Assembly (NCBI RefSeq): GCF_006345805.1
Contig: NC_043000.1
Coordinates: 81,902,001 to 81,966,000, forward strand
Source of the DNA: Octopus sinensis
Taxonomy: Eukaryota
Length of the DNA: 64,000 nucleotides
Direction: 5' to 3'
Part shown: in pieces, positions 11,890 to 24,876 of the stretch
Layout: the number at the start of each line of letters is the position of its first letter
Numbering within the stretch: the stretch's first letter is position 1
Notes under the pieces: model-generated
Told to the model about the DNA's origin: nothing
Seen by the model: the letters and a program-made list of their open reading frames with translations, nothing else
The model's database searches: none
Translations under genes and position numbers: made by a program

Positions 11890-12185
11890 ATAAATGTAAA
11901 TTTTGCCACATGTGGCTGGGACTTCTCCAGCACGATGTATTACCAGTTAACATGGTTTATCATCATCTCCTTCATGAGATGCAACAATTTGAGATCAATC
12001 TTCATCACTTCATCTCAAATCTCCTTCTTCCACATGTTCCACTCACTTTCAGTACTCAGCAATTCTTTATGCAGCTGTCAACTTCTGTATGCATCACATG
12101 CACATACCAGTGCAGTCTTCTTTCTGACACACTACATCTGATTTCTTGAACTCAGCTTTTTCTTCTAAGCTCATTTGTACTCCAT
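11890..12185 (-). mobile_element. RTE-type LINE ORF 3' fragment
   Basis: Minus translation ERRLHWYVHVMH...KVSGTCGRRR resembles RLRWYGHVxR...GRP. Confidence 0.6.
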
Positions 12186-12714
12186 CACTCATATACACAC
12201 ATGCATGTATACATGCATGCATATATATATGTATACATATATACATATGTATGCATACATATGTGCATATATATATATATATATATGCCAGTATTTATGT
12301 AAGCATGCATGCATGTAGATATATATATGAATGTGCGTGCATGTGTGTGTATATATACATACATATATATATGTGTGTGTGTATGTATGTATGTATATAT
12401 GTATGTATGTATATATGTATGTATGTATGTATCTATCTATCTGTGTGTGTGTATGTGTGTGTGTGTGTTGTATGTGTGTGAGTGTGTGTGTGTGTGTGTG
12501 TGTTTGTATGTGTATGCATGCAAGTATGCACTCACAGTAATACATGCATACAAGCATCTACACAAGTATACATGTTTGTTTATATACACATGAAAAACTT
12601 AAAGGATTTTTACTTCTTAACTTCAATTAGTCTTTAGAGAGACCTCTGAAGAGTTGGAAAAAAAATTAATTTGTGAAATTCCACACGATCTCTTCCCTAC
12701 TCTTATATTACCGT

Positions 12715-13270
12715 TTTCATCATCACTACTTCTGCTGCCACCACCATCACCACCACCACCACCACCATCACCCCACCACCACCGGCACTACTGTCACCAC
12801 TATCACCATCACTGCTGCCACCACCACTATTTTCACCACCATTATCACCATCACTACCATCATTATCACCACCACCACCATTGTCACCACCACCACCACC
12901 ACCACCAACACTACTATCATGAAAGTCACCACCACCACCACCATCAAAACAACTATCATCACTAACAATACTAATCTCAATACCCTTAATCATCACCACA
13001 AATAGCACCACTACTACCACTACAGCAAGCAACCACCAACACGACTACCTCCACAACCATCATCTTAACTTCTACCCACTACAGCAACAAAAACCACAAA
13101 CCTCAACCACCACTAACAATACCAGCATCAGCACCAACCAATATTACTTCCACAACCATCACCAGCACTACTACTACTAGTACTACCACCTTCAACACCC
13201 GTGATGCCACAACCACCACAAGCAAGAACCATCATAACTTTACCACCACAACCATTTCCAATACCACCAC
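12715..13270. repeat. Degenerate (CAC/CAT)n tract
   Basis: Direct; explains the His/Thr/Val-rich ORFs. Confidence 0.9.
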
Positions 13271-13760
13271 AAGCTCTTCATTTCATGCTTAATGCATCTG
13301 AAGAAGCTGTTGCTTCCAACATTTTTCCCTTTCCATCCCCACCCATCTCTTTCAAGAGCACTTAACACTGTAGCTGCTTGTTTCTATCTTTTTGTGGATT
13401 TTGTGTAAATTTGTAAATTTCTTTTCAATACATCTCTTGCATGCTGGAATTTTATATACATATATATGTGTGCATGTGTGTACGTACATATGTATGTATG
13501 TGTGTGTGTGTGTATGTGCATGCACACGTGTGTATGTATGCACACGTGTGTATGTATGTGTGTGTGTGAATGTATGTATATATATATATATATATATACA
13601 CACACATACATATATATATTGATTGATAGATAATTATAGACATAGATGTGTGTATATAGGCATATATATCGATATACATACATGTATACATATATAAATA
13701 TATACATACATATACGTATACATATATATATATATATGCATTTTATATATATATATATAT

Positions 13761-13803
<43 letters not shown>

Positions 13804-14469
13804 CATATCACACACACACAAGCACACATCTATGTATATACATACATCCATACACATATACACGTGTATGTTACCCTATCAGTCACTTTATTTTCCTGCT
13901 TGTATTTATACACATATGTGTATGCATGTGTGTGCATGGATATTTGTATGTATATGTATGTATGTATGCATGTATATATGTCTATGTGCATTCATGTTAT
14001 GTGTGTGTTTGTGCATGTGTGTCACAGAGAGAGAGAGAGAGTGCTTCTCGTGTGTCTGCATGTGTGTCCTTGAAAGTCTCTCTCTCTATATATGAGTGTA
14101 CATCTTTGAATATAGTCACTCATCTCATAAAGAAACGACTCTGGTTAAGAACTAACCCTCTGTAAGCAATACAAAATTCCAAAGTCAGTTGCTTGTCATT
14201 GATGTAGTGTGTCTAAGATGATTTACATCCTAATGACACATCCAGCATGGAAAACAAACACAAAATAATAATGATGGTGATGAGAATTATGATGATGATG
14301 ATAATGATGATAATGATGATTATAACAATATCTATTTACCTGTACACACACACACACACACATGTACACACACACACAAATACATATGTACAAGAATATA
14401 TATGATAAGCAACTACCAAATTCACTCACATAGTTTCTGTCAGCAAGGGGCTAAAAAGACACGGAAGGT

Positions 14470-14697
14470 GCAAAACACTAGGACTGACCCTGAAACCACA
14501 TAACTGGTAAGCAAACTGTTTGACCATATATCTGTAACTAAAAACACACACATGGTTGTGTGGAAAGAAGCTTGCTTCCAAATGACATAGTTCTGGGTTC
14601 AGTCCCACTGAGTGACATCTTGGGCAAGTGTCTTCTACAATAGACTTAGGCCAACTGGAACCTGAGTGGATTTGGTAGACTGAAAGAAGCCCATCGT

Positions 14698-14700
<3 letters not shown>
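14470..14700. mobile_element. Two divergent SINE group B head fragments
   Basis: Plus-strand head 14548-14700; decayed minus-strand head ~14470-14530. Confidence 0.65.
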
Positions 14701-14735
<35 letters not shown>

Positions 14736-14796
14736 AAAATGCGATAAAATAAATTATTATGGCTAAAATGTACTTATATATATATATATATATATA

Positions 14797-15680
14797 TTGA
14801 CTGATGACTGAGGGCTTCGAATGTCCCGTCCTGTGGTTCTTGTGTCGTCTCTTTGGTGTTTCATGTTCTTGTCCATGTCCTGTATTTATTTTTTTTACTG
14901 TTTACATATATAATCGGCGGCTACGTATCCACAATTGTCCTTATACGATAAGTATATTTTTTCTCTAGCATTGATACGACTCTTGATCTGTCTCTTTCTC
15001 TCTCTCTCTCCTCCTCCCTTATTCCCTTCCTTTCTTTCCCTCTCCATCCCCCCCCCCTTCTACGTTTCTCTATCTCTCTCACCTCCAGTCCCCTCGATCT
15101 GTCTCTTTTCTTCTCCCCCTCGTCCACTTCTCTCTTCTCTTCATCTGTCCCTTTCTCCTGTCTTTTGTTCTCACGTGACCGCTAGCCACTGCTGAGCGCC
15201 CTTTTCGTTCCAGCAGTCGTCGAAGCAACACGTATTTGTTCGTCTCCCTGTGGCCATTAGGCACTACTTCATAAGCCTCCTCCAACTCAACTCGTCCTGT
15301 CGAAAGACCCTTGTCCTACGTCCTGGTTTTGTCTTGTTTTTTTTCTCTTTACCGTTATTGTTTTTTTACGTTTTTGTATTCTTATTGGTGTCACGTATTC
15401 TGTATTTTTTTGTTCGTTTACTCCGTTCGTTTTCCGTCCTCGTGTTGTATACATTCGAAGCTTTCTTCCAAGGGATCTAATGCGCTTGGCTTAGATTTTC
15501 CTTTGGGGGGCTGCCCAGATCGAGCAATCTCAAGATAATCAGCCGAAATTGCGAAGATGATCTGGTTCTTGACTGATGACTGAGGGCTTCGAATGTCCCG
15601 TCCTGTGGTTCTTGTGTCGTCTCTTTGGTGTTTCATGTTCTTGTCCATGTCTGTATTTATTTTTTACTGTTTACATATAT
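14797..15680. mobile_element. Non-autonomous PLE-like unit with ~112-bp terminal direct repeats, in (TA)n
   Basis: 14797-14911 matches 15569-15680 except homopolymer indels; interior homologous to 23.5-23.7 kb (CACGTGACC, TACGTATCCA, TGATACGACTC motifs). Confidence 0.65.
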
Positions 15681-16247
15681 ATATATATATATATTAGATA
15701 TATATATATATATAGTATATATCTATATATATATATATAGCTATTATATATGTATATATATATATGCAAAATTAGGGAATGGCGTAGATAAACTCCAAGC
15801 TACATTTGTTTCATATATAGTGGAACCTCAGAAGTAGTACTTATTCAAATGAGGGGTAGACCACATGCTACTCTTCATGTCAAAAATACTTGAGGAAATC
15901 CTGTGTTAATTCGTAGGAGATTTGATCAAAATGCATGACTTACATATATATATATATATATATGTGTGTGGTGTGTGTGAGTGTGTGTGTGTGTATGTGT
16001 GCGTTTATGCATATATGTGTGTATATATATATACATATATCTACACACACACATACAAACATGCACACACACATACACAAATATATATATATGTCTATAC
16101 ATATACATATATACATATATCTGTCTGTCTATCTATGTATCTATCTCTCTCTATATATCTATAATATACATATATTTATACATACATTATTCATAGTGTA
16201 ATTATATATATATATATAAATGTGTTCACAATTGGTTGGTTGTCATT

Positions 16248-16310
16248 GTCATAAACTCAAGTTTCGGATACCGGGGATGAAGTCTGCTCTGGCATCTCAT
16301 CAGTTATTAA
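16248..16310 (-). ncRNA. Type-I hammerhead ribozyme motif (PLE pLTR), partly decayed
   Basis: Minus: CTGATGA-GATGCCAG..CCGGTATCC-GAAAC-TTGA-GTT; helix I imperfect. Confidence 0.65.
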
Positions 16311-16865
16311 GACAGACGCTATGAAAAAAAAACCGTTGAATAAAGGGAAATTACTCCAATAGGCATGGGAAAAGTAATACTTCATTTATAGAATCCGTAT
16401 ATGCACACATATACACTCACATACATGTACGCACACACACACACACATATGTATGTATATATATGTATATAAGTACTCACACACGCGTGTACATATACAC
16501 ATATATACATACAAACACACATATATACATATATGTATCTAGGCATACACGCACATACACACACATATATACCCATGCACGCATCACTACGCTCATATAT
16601 ACATCTCTACACGCACATACACATACATACGCGTGTATACAAAACGTACTTTATACACACATGCATATACATACGCGAAAAACGTATATACAAATAAAAG
16701 TACATACGCAAAAACGCAAGCATCATTATGTTCATATACACATCTCTATACGCATATACACATACATACGCGGATATACAAAGTGTAGTCGATACGCACA
16801 TGCACATACATACGCGGCGAATAGACATATGCAAATAAAAACACATACGCAAAAAAACATAAACC

Positions 16866-17099
16866 TATTTCTTTACTACCCACAATGGGCTAAACACAGA
16901 GAGGACAAACAAGGACAGACAAACGGATTAAGTCGATTATATCGACCCCAGTGCGTAACTGGTACTTATTTAATCGATCCCGAAAGGATGAAAGGCAAAG
17001 TCGGCCTCGGCGGAATTTGAACTCAGAACGTAACGGCAGACGAAATACGGCTACGCATTTCGCCCGGCGTGCTAACGTTTCTGCTAGCTCGCCGCCTTT
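16866..17099 (-). mobile_element. Full-length SINE group C with TSD
   Basis: 17-bp direct repeat GCAAAAAAACATAAACC at ~16849 and 17100. Confidence 0.9.
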
Positions 17100-17521
17100 G
17101 CAAAAAAACATAAACCGTAAATCATTCACATTCGCTGCAAAACTTGAATATACAAATGAGTTATATATGTATATAGCCAAATACACCCTCCTATCTGTCA
17201 AACACACTTACACCTGCAGATGTATAAACGTATATACATACATATATTATGAAGGAAGGAGACAAGTACAACAGGTAGAGTCTTGTACTCGTATATATAT
17301 ACAATCATTCGTACACATGTATATATGCACGCACATATACATTAGGTATATTCTACACGCGTATAAATTACACAATTATAAAGGGTGAAAAATAATATAC
17401 AGAAAAATATATAGAGTAATAAAATATATATAAATATATAAGAGATGTTAAGACATATGAAAGGCTTGTATGTGGACATAATATAAAAAAGAAACAGGTT
17501 CTATCCGTGATCTTGGAGGGT

Positions 17522-18450
17522 TCAAAAACGTAGCAAATGTTTTGCCATATATGGACATGACACAAAATGTCCAGTTCTTGAATTTAGACATGTAGCGTGG
17601 TCTAAAGAACCTTTCCAGATAAGCCATCTTTCCATATCGCAAAGACCGCACTTTCCACTGCCGTTGGTGTAAGGTTTACACTTGGCCAAGATCTTCCAGT
17701 GAATCTTATAGCTGACACCTTTTTCTTTTAAGGACCATATATGACTGGATAATTTAGTTGTTTTCCTTTTATTCCAGTGTCTGAAGCTTAAGGTGTGATT
17801 GTTGAACCTGGCTTTAAAATTTCCGTCTGTGAGACCCATATATTTTTTTGACGAAACTATGTCCTTTGTGGTTGTAGAGTCTACAGTGGCTTCATAAATG
17901 ATGGCCTCGGTCATCCAAGCTCCATTTAGCGGGCACAATATTTTAACTCTGCAGGAACAGCCGGATTCATTTTGTTGTGTGCAATTATATTTTTAAAGTT
18001 AGTAGTAGAACTAAAACTAATTTTTAAGTTGTGCCTATTAAAGAGCTTTCTATAATTATGATTGATTGGAAAATGCCTATCTATAAGGGATGAGAAATAT
18101 CTACCTATATTAAAAGTCACTTCGGTTGAGTAAGGTGGTATGAACCAGATAATTTTCCTATTCCTATTTTTCCTTTTCTTTGTTACTTGACTAATGACAG
18201 GTATATAGCTTATTTCCTCGCTAAAACCACTATCTTTTAGACCTTTATTATATATTGGGGTAACACTATTAAAAATATTTCTATTGGAGGAGAGGCTAGA
18301 AATTCTCTTGCTAATGCTTTTAACTAAATTCTTAAATACTATGCGCGGGTGGCAGGAGCCTACAATAATATAGCTAAGTCTATCGTTGGGCTTTCTATAG
18401 GATGTGTAAATATTCTTATTTAAATCTAAAGATACAGCTAGGAAATTGAC
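17522..18450 (-). pseudogene. Penelope-like element: RT thumb region plus C-terminal GIY-YIG endonuclease, 5'-truncated, frameshifted
   Basis: VNFLAVSLDL..YRKPN..KRKNRNRKIIWFIPPYS; CPLNG..IIYEATV..YMGLT..FKARFNNH..LSSHIWSLK..CGLC..LNSR. Confidence 0.9.
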
Positions 18451-18510
18451 AACTGATGAGATGCCGGAGCAGATTTCAGCCCCGGTATCCGAAACTCTGA
18501 GTGTTATGCC
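18446..18510 (+). ncRNA. Hammerhead motif in inverted 5' pLTR of the PLE
   Basis: CTGATGA(18453)-GATGCCGG..CCGGTATCC-GAAAC-TCTGA-GTG; cleavage triplet is GUG, non-canonical. Confidence 0.6.
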
Positions 18511-18596
18511 AACCAACTAATTGTCACATATTATATTTATAGATAAATTCCTCTATTTTACTTAAAATTGACGTCTCATTCCTTCTTTTGTTGTCA

Positions 18597-18631
<35 letters not shown>

Positions 18632-18638
18632 TATTATT

Positions 18639-18685
<47 letters not shown>

Positions 18686-18771
18686 CAACTACATACATTC
18701 AGTAGTTGCTATATTGTTAAGAAGCTTGCTTATATATCTGCGTGTGTGTATAGTGACCACTCTCTTATATT

Positions 18772-18850
<79 letters not shown>

Positions 18851-19061
18851 CATATATTTATATAATATACATACATATATGTATATATATATATACATAC
18901 ATATATGTGTATGAATGTGTACATGTATATGTAAATTTATGAATATATATATATGCACAGACTCACACACAATACACACATATATATAAGCATACTTATA
19001 TATATATATAGAAATATATACACGAATACATACATATGTACATATATATATACATATGTAC

Positions 19062-19095
<34 letters not shown>

Positions 19096-19266
19096 TGAGA
19101 AATATAAAAGTAGCATTTTCCTCATAAAAAAATCAAAGAAATTCTTTAAAGTGTCATGTATTGATATTTAGTTACGTTGACACTGAATGGAATATGGAAC
19201 ATTGTTATGACATTTATCACACACACACAACCAGACATATCTATATAGGTGTATTTAAATATATAT

Positions 19267-19560
19267 TGGTGCAGTCATTATCCTGTGGTTAAGAGCTTTG
19301 CTTTACAACGACTTATACTTTTGGTTTCTGTCCCACTGTGCTGCACGTCGACTAAATGTCTTCTACTGTAGCTCCAGGAAACCAACCTCTTGTGAGTGAA
19401 TTTTGTAAAGGGGAAACTGTGTGGAATCCTGTTGTATGTGCGTGTGTGAGTGTGCGTGTATGCATGTGTATGTATGTGTGTGTGTGTGTGTGGTGTGTGT
19501 GTGTGTGTGTGCATGCGTTCGTGCACATCCTTGTATTTGTCTCTTCACCATAATTTAATG
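19267..19560 (+). mobile_element. Degenerate SINE group B
   Basis: Head and TGTCTTCTACTGTAGC...TTGTGAGTGAATTT motifs. Confidence 0.7.
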
Positions 19561-19699
19561 TTGATCTCAGAATATGCACCAGTTGAACTTGGAATATATC
19601 TGTGACGTGAAGACGGATGCAAGGCTGCTAAGCAATTTGTGTGATGCGATAAAGATTCTGTCAGCTCGCCGCCTTATGTTCTGTTTAATATTGGTTTTA

Positions 19700-19910
19700 A
19701 ATTTTGTCACAAGGCCAGCAATTTAGGGGGAGGGAGTAAGTTAATTACATCGACCTCAGTGCTCAACAGGTACTTATTTTATCGATCCCGGAAGGACGAA
19801 AAGTAAAGTTGACCTCAGCGGAATTTGAACTAAGAACGTAAAGACGGGTGAAATATCGCTAATCATTCTGCCCGGCGCGGTAACGATATTCTGCCAGTTC
19901 ACCGCCTACG
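19700..19910 (-). mobile_element. SINE group C
   Basis: GTTGACCTCAGCGGAATTTGAACT and flanking conserved blocks. Confidence 0.8.
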
Positions 19911-20048
19911 TACTGTCTAATATTACGATTTTATTGTTAATAACTTCAAAATTTTGCTGAGCTCGGCTTCCTCAAAAATGTGAGGTCATACTACTCGTAC
20001 ACGCACGCACGCGCGCGCACATGCAGACAGACATTACACTGCATATAT

Positions 20049-20102
<54 letters not shown>

Positions 20103-20803
20103 ATGGCTGCAACTCGATTTCGAGTGTATACCATCGCTTTATTGTTCTCTTTTCACTCTTGCTTGGGACTTGCACTCTTTTGCACAAAATGGCAACGCTG
20201 AATGTCCTTTCCAAATAGGGGTTGCACTATAATTTGGTGAACCTTTATATGGCATTTCAGTGCACCTCTTGGCGGTTTCCTTAATTCAGAGAAAGATTTC
20301 ATTATCAAGAGTATTTGTCATATTCACAGCACTACCTAAATACACGAATTTATCCACAACTGCAATGTCAACTCATACACACAAATGTTTACTCAGAGTA
20401 GGCCTTTATCTAGTGCAGGTTGAAACACAACTACCGTCTATTTAAAGTTGATTGTTAGACCCAATGCACTGCATGCTATCGGGAAGGATTTTATAAAATG
20501 ATGCGTATAGGCCGTCAGCATATAGGAATTCCTGCATTAACGATGAGAATAACTTTGTTTAAGCAGGAAACCATCTTATATTATATTCAACATCCTGCTC
20601 TCTGTTCGGTACTTGATATAGACCCCAAGTAAGAAACCATCAAAAGCCACCAAGTTAACCATAGTAGCGTACAATGCGAACAGTTACCACTGATATGTTC
20701 CCTTGCTTATCAATATTTGCAAAATTGAATCGGAAAGCTTACCACTCATGTTGACACTCGCTTTCATTACACCATGGAAACTTCTAAACACAGAGACAAT
20801 CTT

Positions 20804-21221
20804 ATTTCTTTACTGTCCACAAGGGGCTACACACAGAGAGGACAAACAAGGACAGACAAACGGATTAAGTGGATTATATCGACCCCAGTGCGTAACTGGT
20901 ACTTAATTTATCGACCCCGAAAGGATGAAAGGCAAAGTCGACCTCGGCGGAATTTGAACTCAGAACGTAACGGCAGACGAAATACCTATTTCTTTACTAG
21001 CCACAAGGGGCTAAACACAGAGAGGACGAACAAGGACAGACAAACGGATTAAGTCGATTATATCGACCACAGTGCGTAACTGGTACTTAATTTATCGGCC
21101 CCGAAAGGATGAAAGGCAAAGTCGGCCTCGGCGGAATTTGAACTCAGAACGAAGCGGCGGACGAAATACGGCTACGCATTTCGCCCGGCGTGCTAACGTT
21201 TCTGCCAGCTCGCCGCCTTTC
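20804..21221 (-). mobile_element. SINE group C dimer (full plus truncated) inside one TSD
   Basis: 16-bp ACACAGAGACAATCTT at 20788-20803 and 21222-21237; junction at ~20985. Confidence 0.9.
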
Positions 21222-22249
21222 ACACAGAGACAATCTTGTCACGATGCCCAAACTTCTTCAGAATCTGCAGGTCATCAATCCAAGAAGGCCTATTTAAAAG
21301 TTAGTTAAAGTATTCTTGTCGTCTGACAAAAATATCTATAGGGTCTCTGAGCAATTCATTGCCACCCAGAGTACACTGACTGGTGGCAGGAGAGGAAGAT
21401 GGCCTCTTAACTTCCTACAACAAATTATACAGAAGCCTCGTTTTGTTGGAACTAAATGCAGATTAGATTTGACCAGCTTTATTCTTCCATTCAAGAATCC
21501 TATATGTCAACAAGCCTTTGCTATACCTTACACGGCACCCACCCCGTCGTACGAAGTTTCATTCTTATACATTTCTGGTTTTCCTCCAAAGACACTCATA
21601 AGCTCTATATTCTTCCATTTAACGGTGCAGGGACATATTCATCATTTTCATAAAAAAACGATCTCATTATTTTTTCTGCACTAAACAGAACATGTTTGTA
21701 AACGCCATAGACGGACATTTTGTCCATTTCACCAACTCTTCCTTAGCATCATCTTTCAAACAAGTTACATTAAAATTCTTTGGAATGGTCACACCATTGG
21801 CTCTTACCTTTGGTTTTTATAATAAACTTCACATTTGCACGAACAAAACAAATGGCCAATCAGCATCCAGCTCCCTGCATTAAATGAATAACACATACAT
21901 CACGAACAAGAACAAAATTAATCATATGCAAGGGCTTCGAGCTAGAATGAAACCAAGTTGTTTTCTATTTTATTTCTATTTATACGGAAAACGTAGCCGT
22001 GAATATACACATCCACCAGTTTATGCGTGTATGTGTATGTGTGTGCGTGTCTGTGTGTATGTGAATATATATCATTTTTTGCTTTATGTATGCGAAAATA
22101 TATATATATATATATATGCATGTACTAATATTTTTGCACGTATACGTATCTATATGTGTTTGTATATATCTGTATATCCCTCTATGTCCTTGATTTATCA
22201 CTCTGTCAACACTATCTTCCATTTTCATTATTGTTTTAGTTTCAAGGAT

Positions 22250-22830
22250 AAGATAAAGTACATCATAAGTAATGACAAAAGCAGTGCCAGGTGTAACAGA
22301 AATAAACGTAAAACATTATGGTTTAATCCTCCTTATGAATATTGTTCCAGCCTTAGATATTTTGAGTAACAGTTCAGAAATCACATCTTTCTGTAAACAT
22401 AAGACTGCATTATTGGCGAAGAACTATTAAACCTATATTACTCACTAATTGCCTTCACTTGGCCTCTGTCTATCTTACTTAACATTCTTCAATGAAACTT
22501 GATCGTGAAAGTAACTTTCCTTGTTCTACCATTATACACTTATGCCACCTGGCAACGACTTCCAGACCTGACCCACATTAAATCTTCCTAATTTTTCATT
22601 TCCTATCTCTCTCTCTCATTTTCATACTTCGCTTTCCTACCCGGTTACTACATTGCATTATACACACAGCGTCTTATACCCTTGCACTTCTTTTAAAACA
22701 AGGTTAATTACAACGAAACAAATCGTGCATTATTAGCCGAAGGAGACGCTTTACAAATCATCTGAATATATACTTCTTTTTAAATATATCGAACTGTGCC
22801 GACGTGCCGAAAAGCGACTTCCGAATCACG
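22250..22830 (+). mobile_element. Decayed, internally deleted PLE fragment
   Basis: RCNRNKRKTLWFNPPY matches the KRKNRNRKIIWFxPPY motif of the 18-kb PLE. Confidence 0.55.
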
Positions 22831-22964
22831 TTAATTGAGAAAATTTTTTAATTAAGTATAATACATACACATGCACATGTATGTATGTATGTATGTATGT
22901 ATGTATGTATGTATCTGTCTGTCTGTATGTCTGTCTTTCTCTCTCTCTTCTCTCTCTCTCTCTC

Positions 22965-23001
<37 letters not shown>

Positions 23002-23074
23002 ATATAAATGATATATATGCATATATACATACATAGCTGTACATTCTTACATATATATGTATATACACATACAT

Positions 23075-23715
23075 TTATGGGTACTGGACGTCAAAAAACG
23101 TAAAAAACATGAAAAACGAAAACAAGGAAAACGAACTTTTATTTGCGAACAACGAAAGAAACAAATAGAAAAACAAGACAGGCAATATAAAGAACAATCC
23201 CTTCATCAGTTGTCCACTGTTTTATCTACTACGCATTTCACGCATTAGGAAAAGATGCGTCTTCGTCAAAACAGTTGCTCCTGCAAAGCAAATTAAGTAA
23301 AATTTGGGATTTGCGGAGGGCCAAAGTTGGTAACAAAAACAGGACAGTGAAAACAAACGGTAAGGACTGTTAAGCCATAACGAGGTGAAGAGGTGAACGC
23401 TGGGGAAACAAGCTTTGACAAGAGACAGACAAAAGTGCGTGCTATCCTTGTAGCTGAACTAGAAGAAAGAAATTCGAGTTAAGAAAAGAAAGATGGCCGC
23501 TGGTCACGTGTGAGCAACGAGAAAGTCAAGGAGGAAGAGTGAGGGAGAGAGAGAGGGACAGATAGAGAACAGTGAAGGGTAGGAAAAGAATTAGAGAAAG
23601 GATGAGAGAGAAAAAAAGGGGATAAAAAGAATATAGAAAGAGGAAGAGAGAAGGAAATAGAGATAGTGACAGAATTAGAGTCGCATCATAATTATTAAGA
23701 TAAAACTTACTTGGA
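23075..23715 (-). mobile_element. PLE pLTR-like non-autonomous element (group D) with decayed HHR
   Basis: Minus: TTGACGA-A-G-ACGCAT..ATGCGT-GAAAT-GCGTA (23230-23269) and second CTGATGA (23203-23209); partial copies at 23822 and 55160. Confidence 0.55.
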
Positions 23716-23821
23716 AATGGATGCGTGGCGTTCAATCATATAATAAAATATATAATATATATATGCATATATATTTACATACATGTACATACCTACATAT
23801 ATATGCATATACACAGGCATA

Positions 23822-23937
23822 TATGGGTACAGGACGTCAAAAAACGTAAACAACATGAAAAACGAGAATATGAAATACAAAAATATGGAAAACGACCTTT
23901 TTTTTCGAACAACGATAGAAACAAATAGAAAAACAAT
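23822..23937 (-). mobile_element. Group D fragment
   Basis: GGGTACAGGACGTCAAAAAACGTAAA...CGAACAACGA matches 23077-23170. Confidence 0.7.
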
Positions 23938-23944
23938 ATGTATA

Positions 23945-24122
23945 TATAGGCGCAGGCGTAACTGTGTAGTAAGAAGCTTGCTTCTCAACCACATAGTTCT
24001 AGGTTCAATCCCACTGCATGGTATCTTGGGTAAGTGACTACTATAGCATCGACAGATCAAAGCCTTGAGAGTGGATTTGGTAGACGGGAATTGAAAAAAG
24101 CTCATCGTGTATGTATATATAA

Positions 24123-24166
<44 letters not shown>

Positions 24167-24168
24167 TA

Positions 24169-24216
<48 letters not shown>

Positions 24217-24400
24217 ACCATCACATAGCAATCGATACTGGCGTGTTTAGGTTCCCGTAACTTGACGGTTCGGCAAAAAAGACCGGTACAATGAATACTA
24301 GGATTACAAAGAATAAGTTTTGGGGTCGATTTCTTCGACTAAAACCCTTTATGGCGGTGCTCCAGCATGGCTACAGTCAAATGACTGAAACAAGTTAAGA
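23945..24400 (+). mobile_element. SINE group B, full length
   Basis: Colinear with other B copies. Confidence 0.85.
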
Positions 24401-24411
24401 TATATATATAC

Positions 24412-24795
24412 AGGCGTGTGGTAAGTAGCTTGCTTACGAATTACATGGTTCCGGGTTCAGTCCCACTGCGTAGCATCTTGGGCAAGTGTCTCCTACTATA
24501 GCCTCGGGCCAACCAAAGCCTTGTGAGTGGATCTGGTAGACGGAAACTGAAAGAAGCCCTTCGTATATATGTATATATATATGTATGTATGTATATATGT
24601 TTGTGTGTCTGTGTTTGTCCTCCCAACATCGTTTGACAACCGGTGCGGGTGTGCTTACGTTCCCGTAACTTAGCGATTCGGCAAAACAGACCGATAGAAT
24701 AAGTACTAGGCTTACAAAGAATAAGTCCTGGGGTCAATGTGCTCGACTAAAGATGGTGCTCCTGCATGGCCACAGTCAAATGACTGAAACAAGTA
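24412..24795 (+). mobile_element. SINE group B, tandem copy
   Basis: Colinear with other B copies; head slightly truncated. Confidence 0.85.
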
Positions 24796-24809
24796 AAAAG
24801 AGTAAAAAC

Positions 24810-24849
<40 letters not shown>

Positions 24850-24876
24850 CTGTTAAGTTATGGCTTCTAATTTAAT

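Noticed and set aside
14801-14826. CTGATGA..GAATGTC as a hammerhead in the direct repeat
   Set aside because: It has GAAU instead of GAAAC and no helix I pairing
15297-15325. CTGTCGA-A-AGAC-CCTT-GTC-CTAC-GTC as another A6U HHR
   Set aside because: There is no GAAA box and no helix I; homology to the group D half-motif is uncertain
20104-20202. Short ORF MAATRFRVYTIALLFSFHSCLGLALF resembling a signal peptide
   Set aside because: It stops after 32 codons, with no convincing donor site or homology
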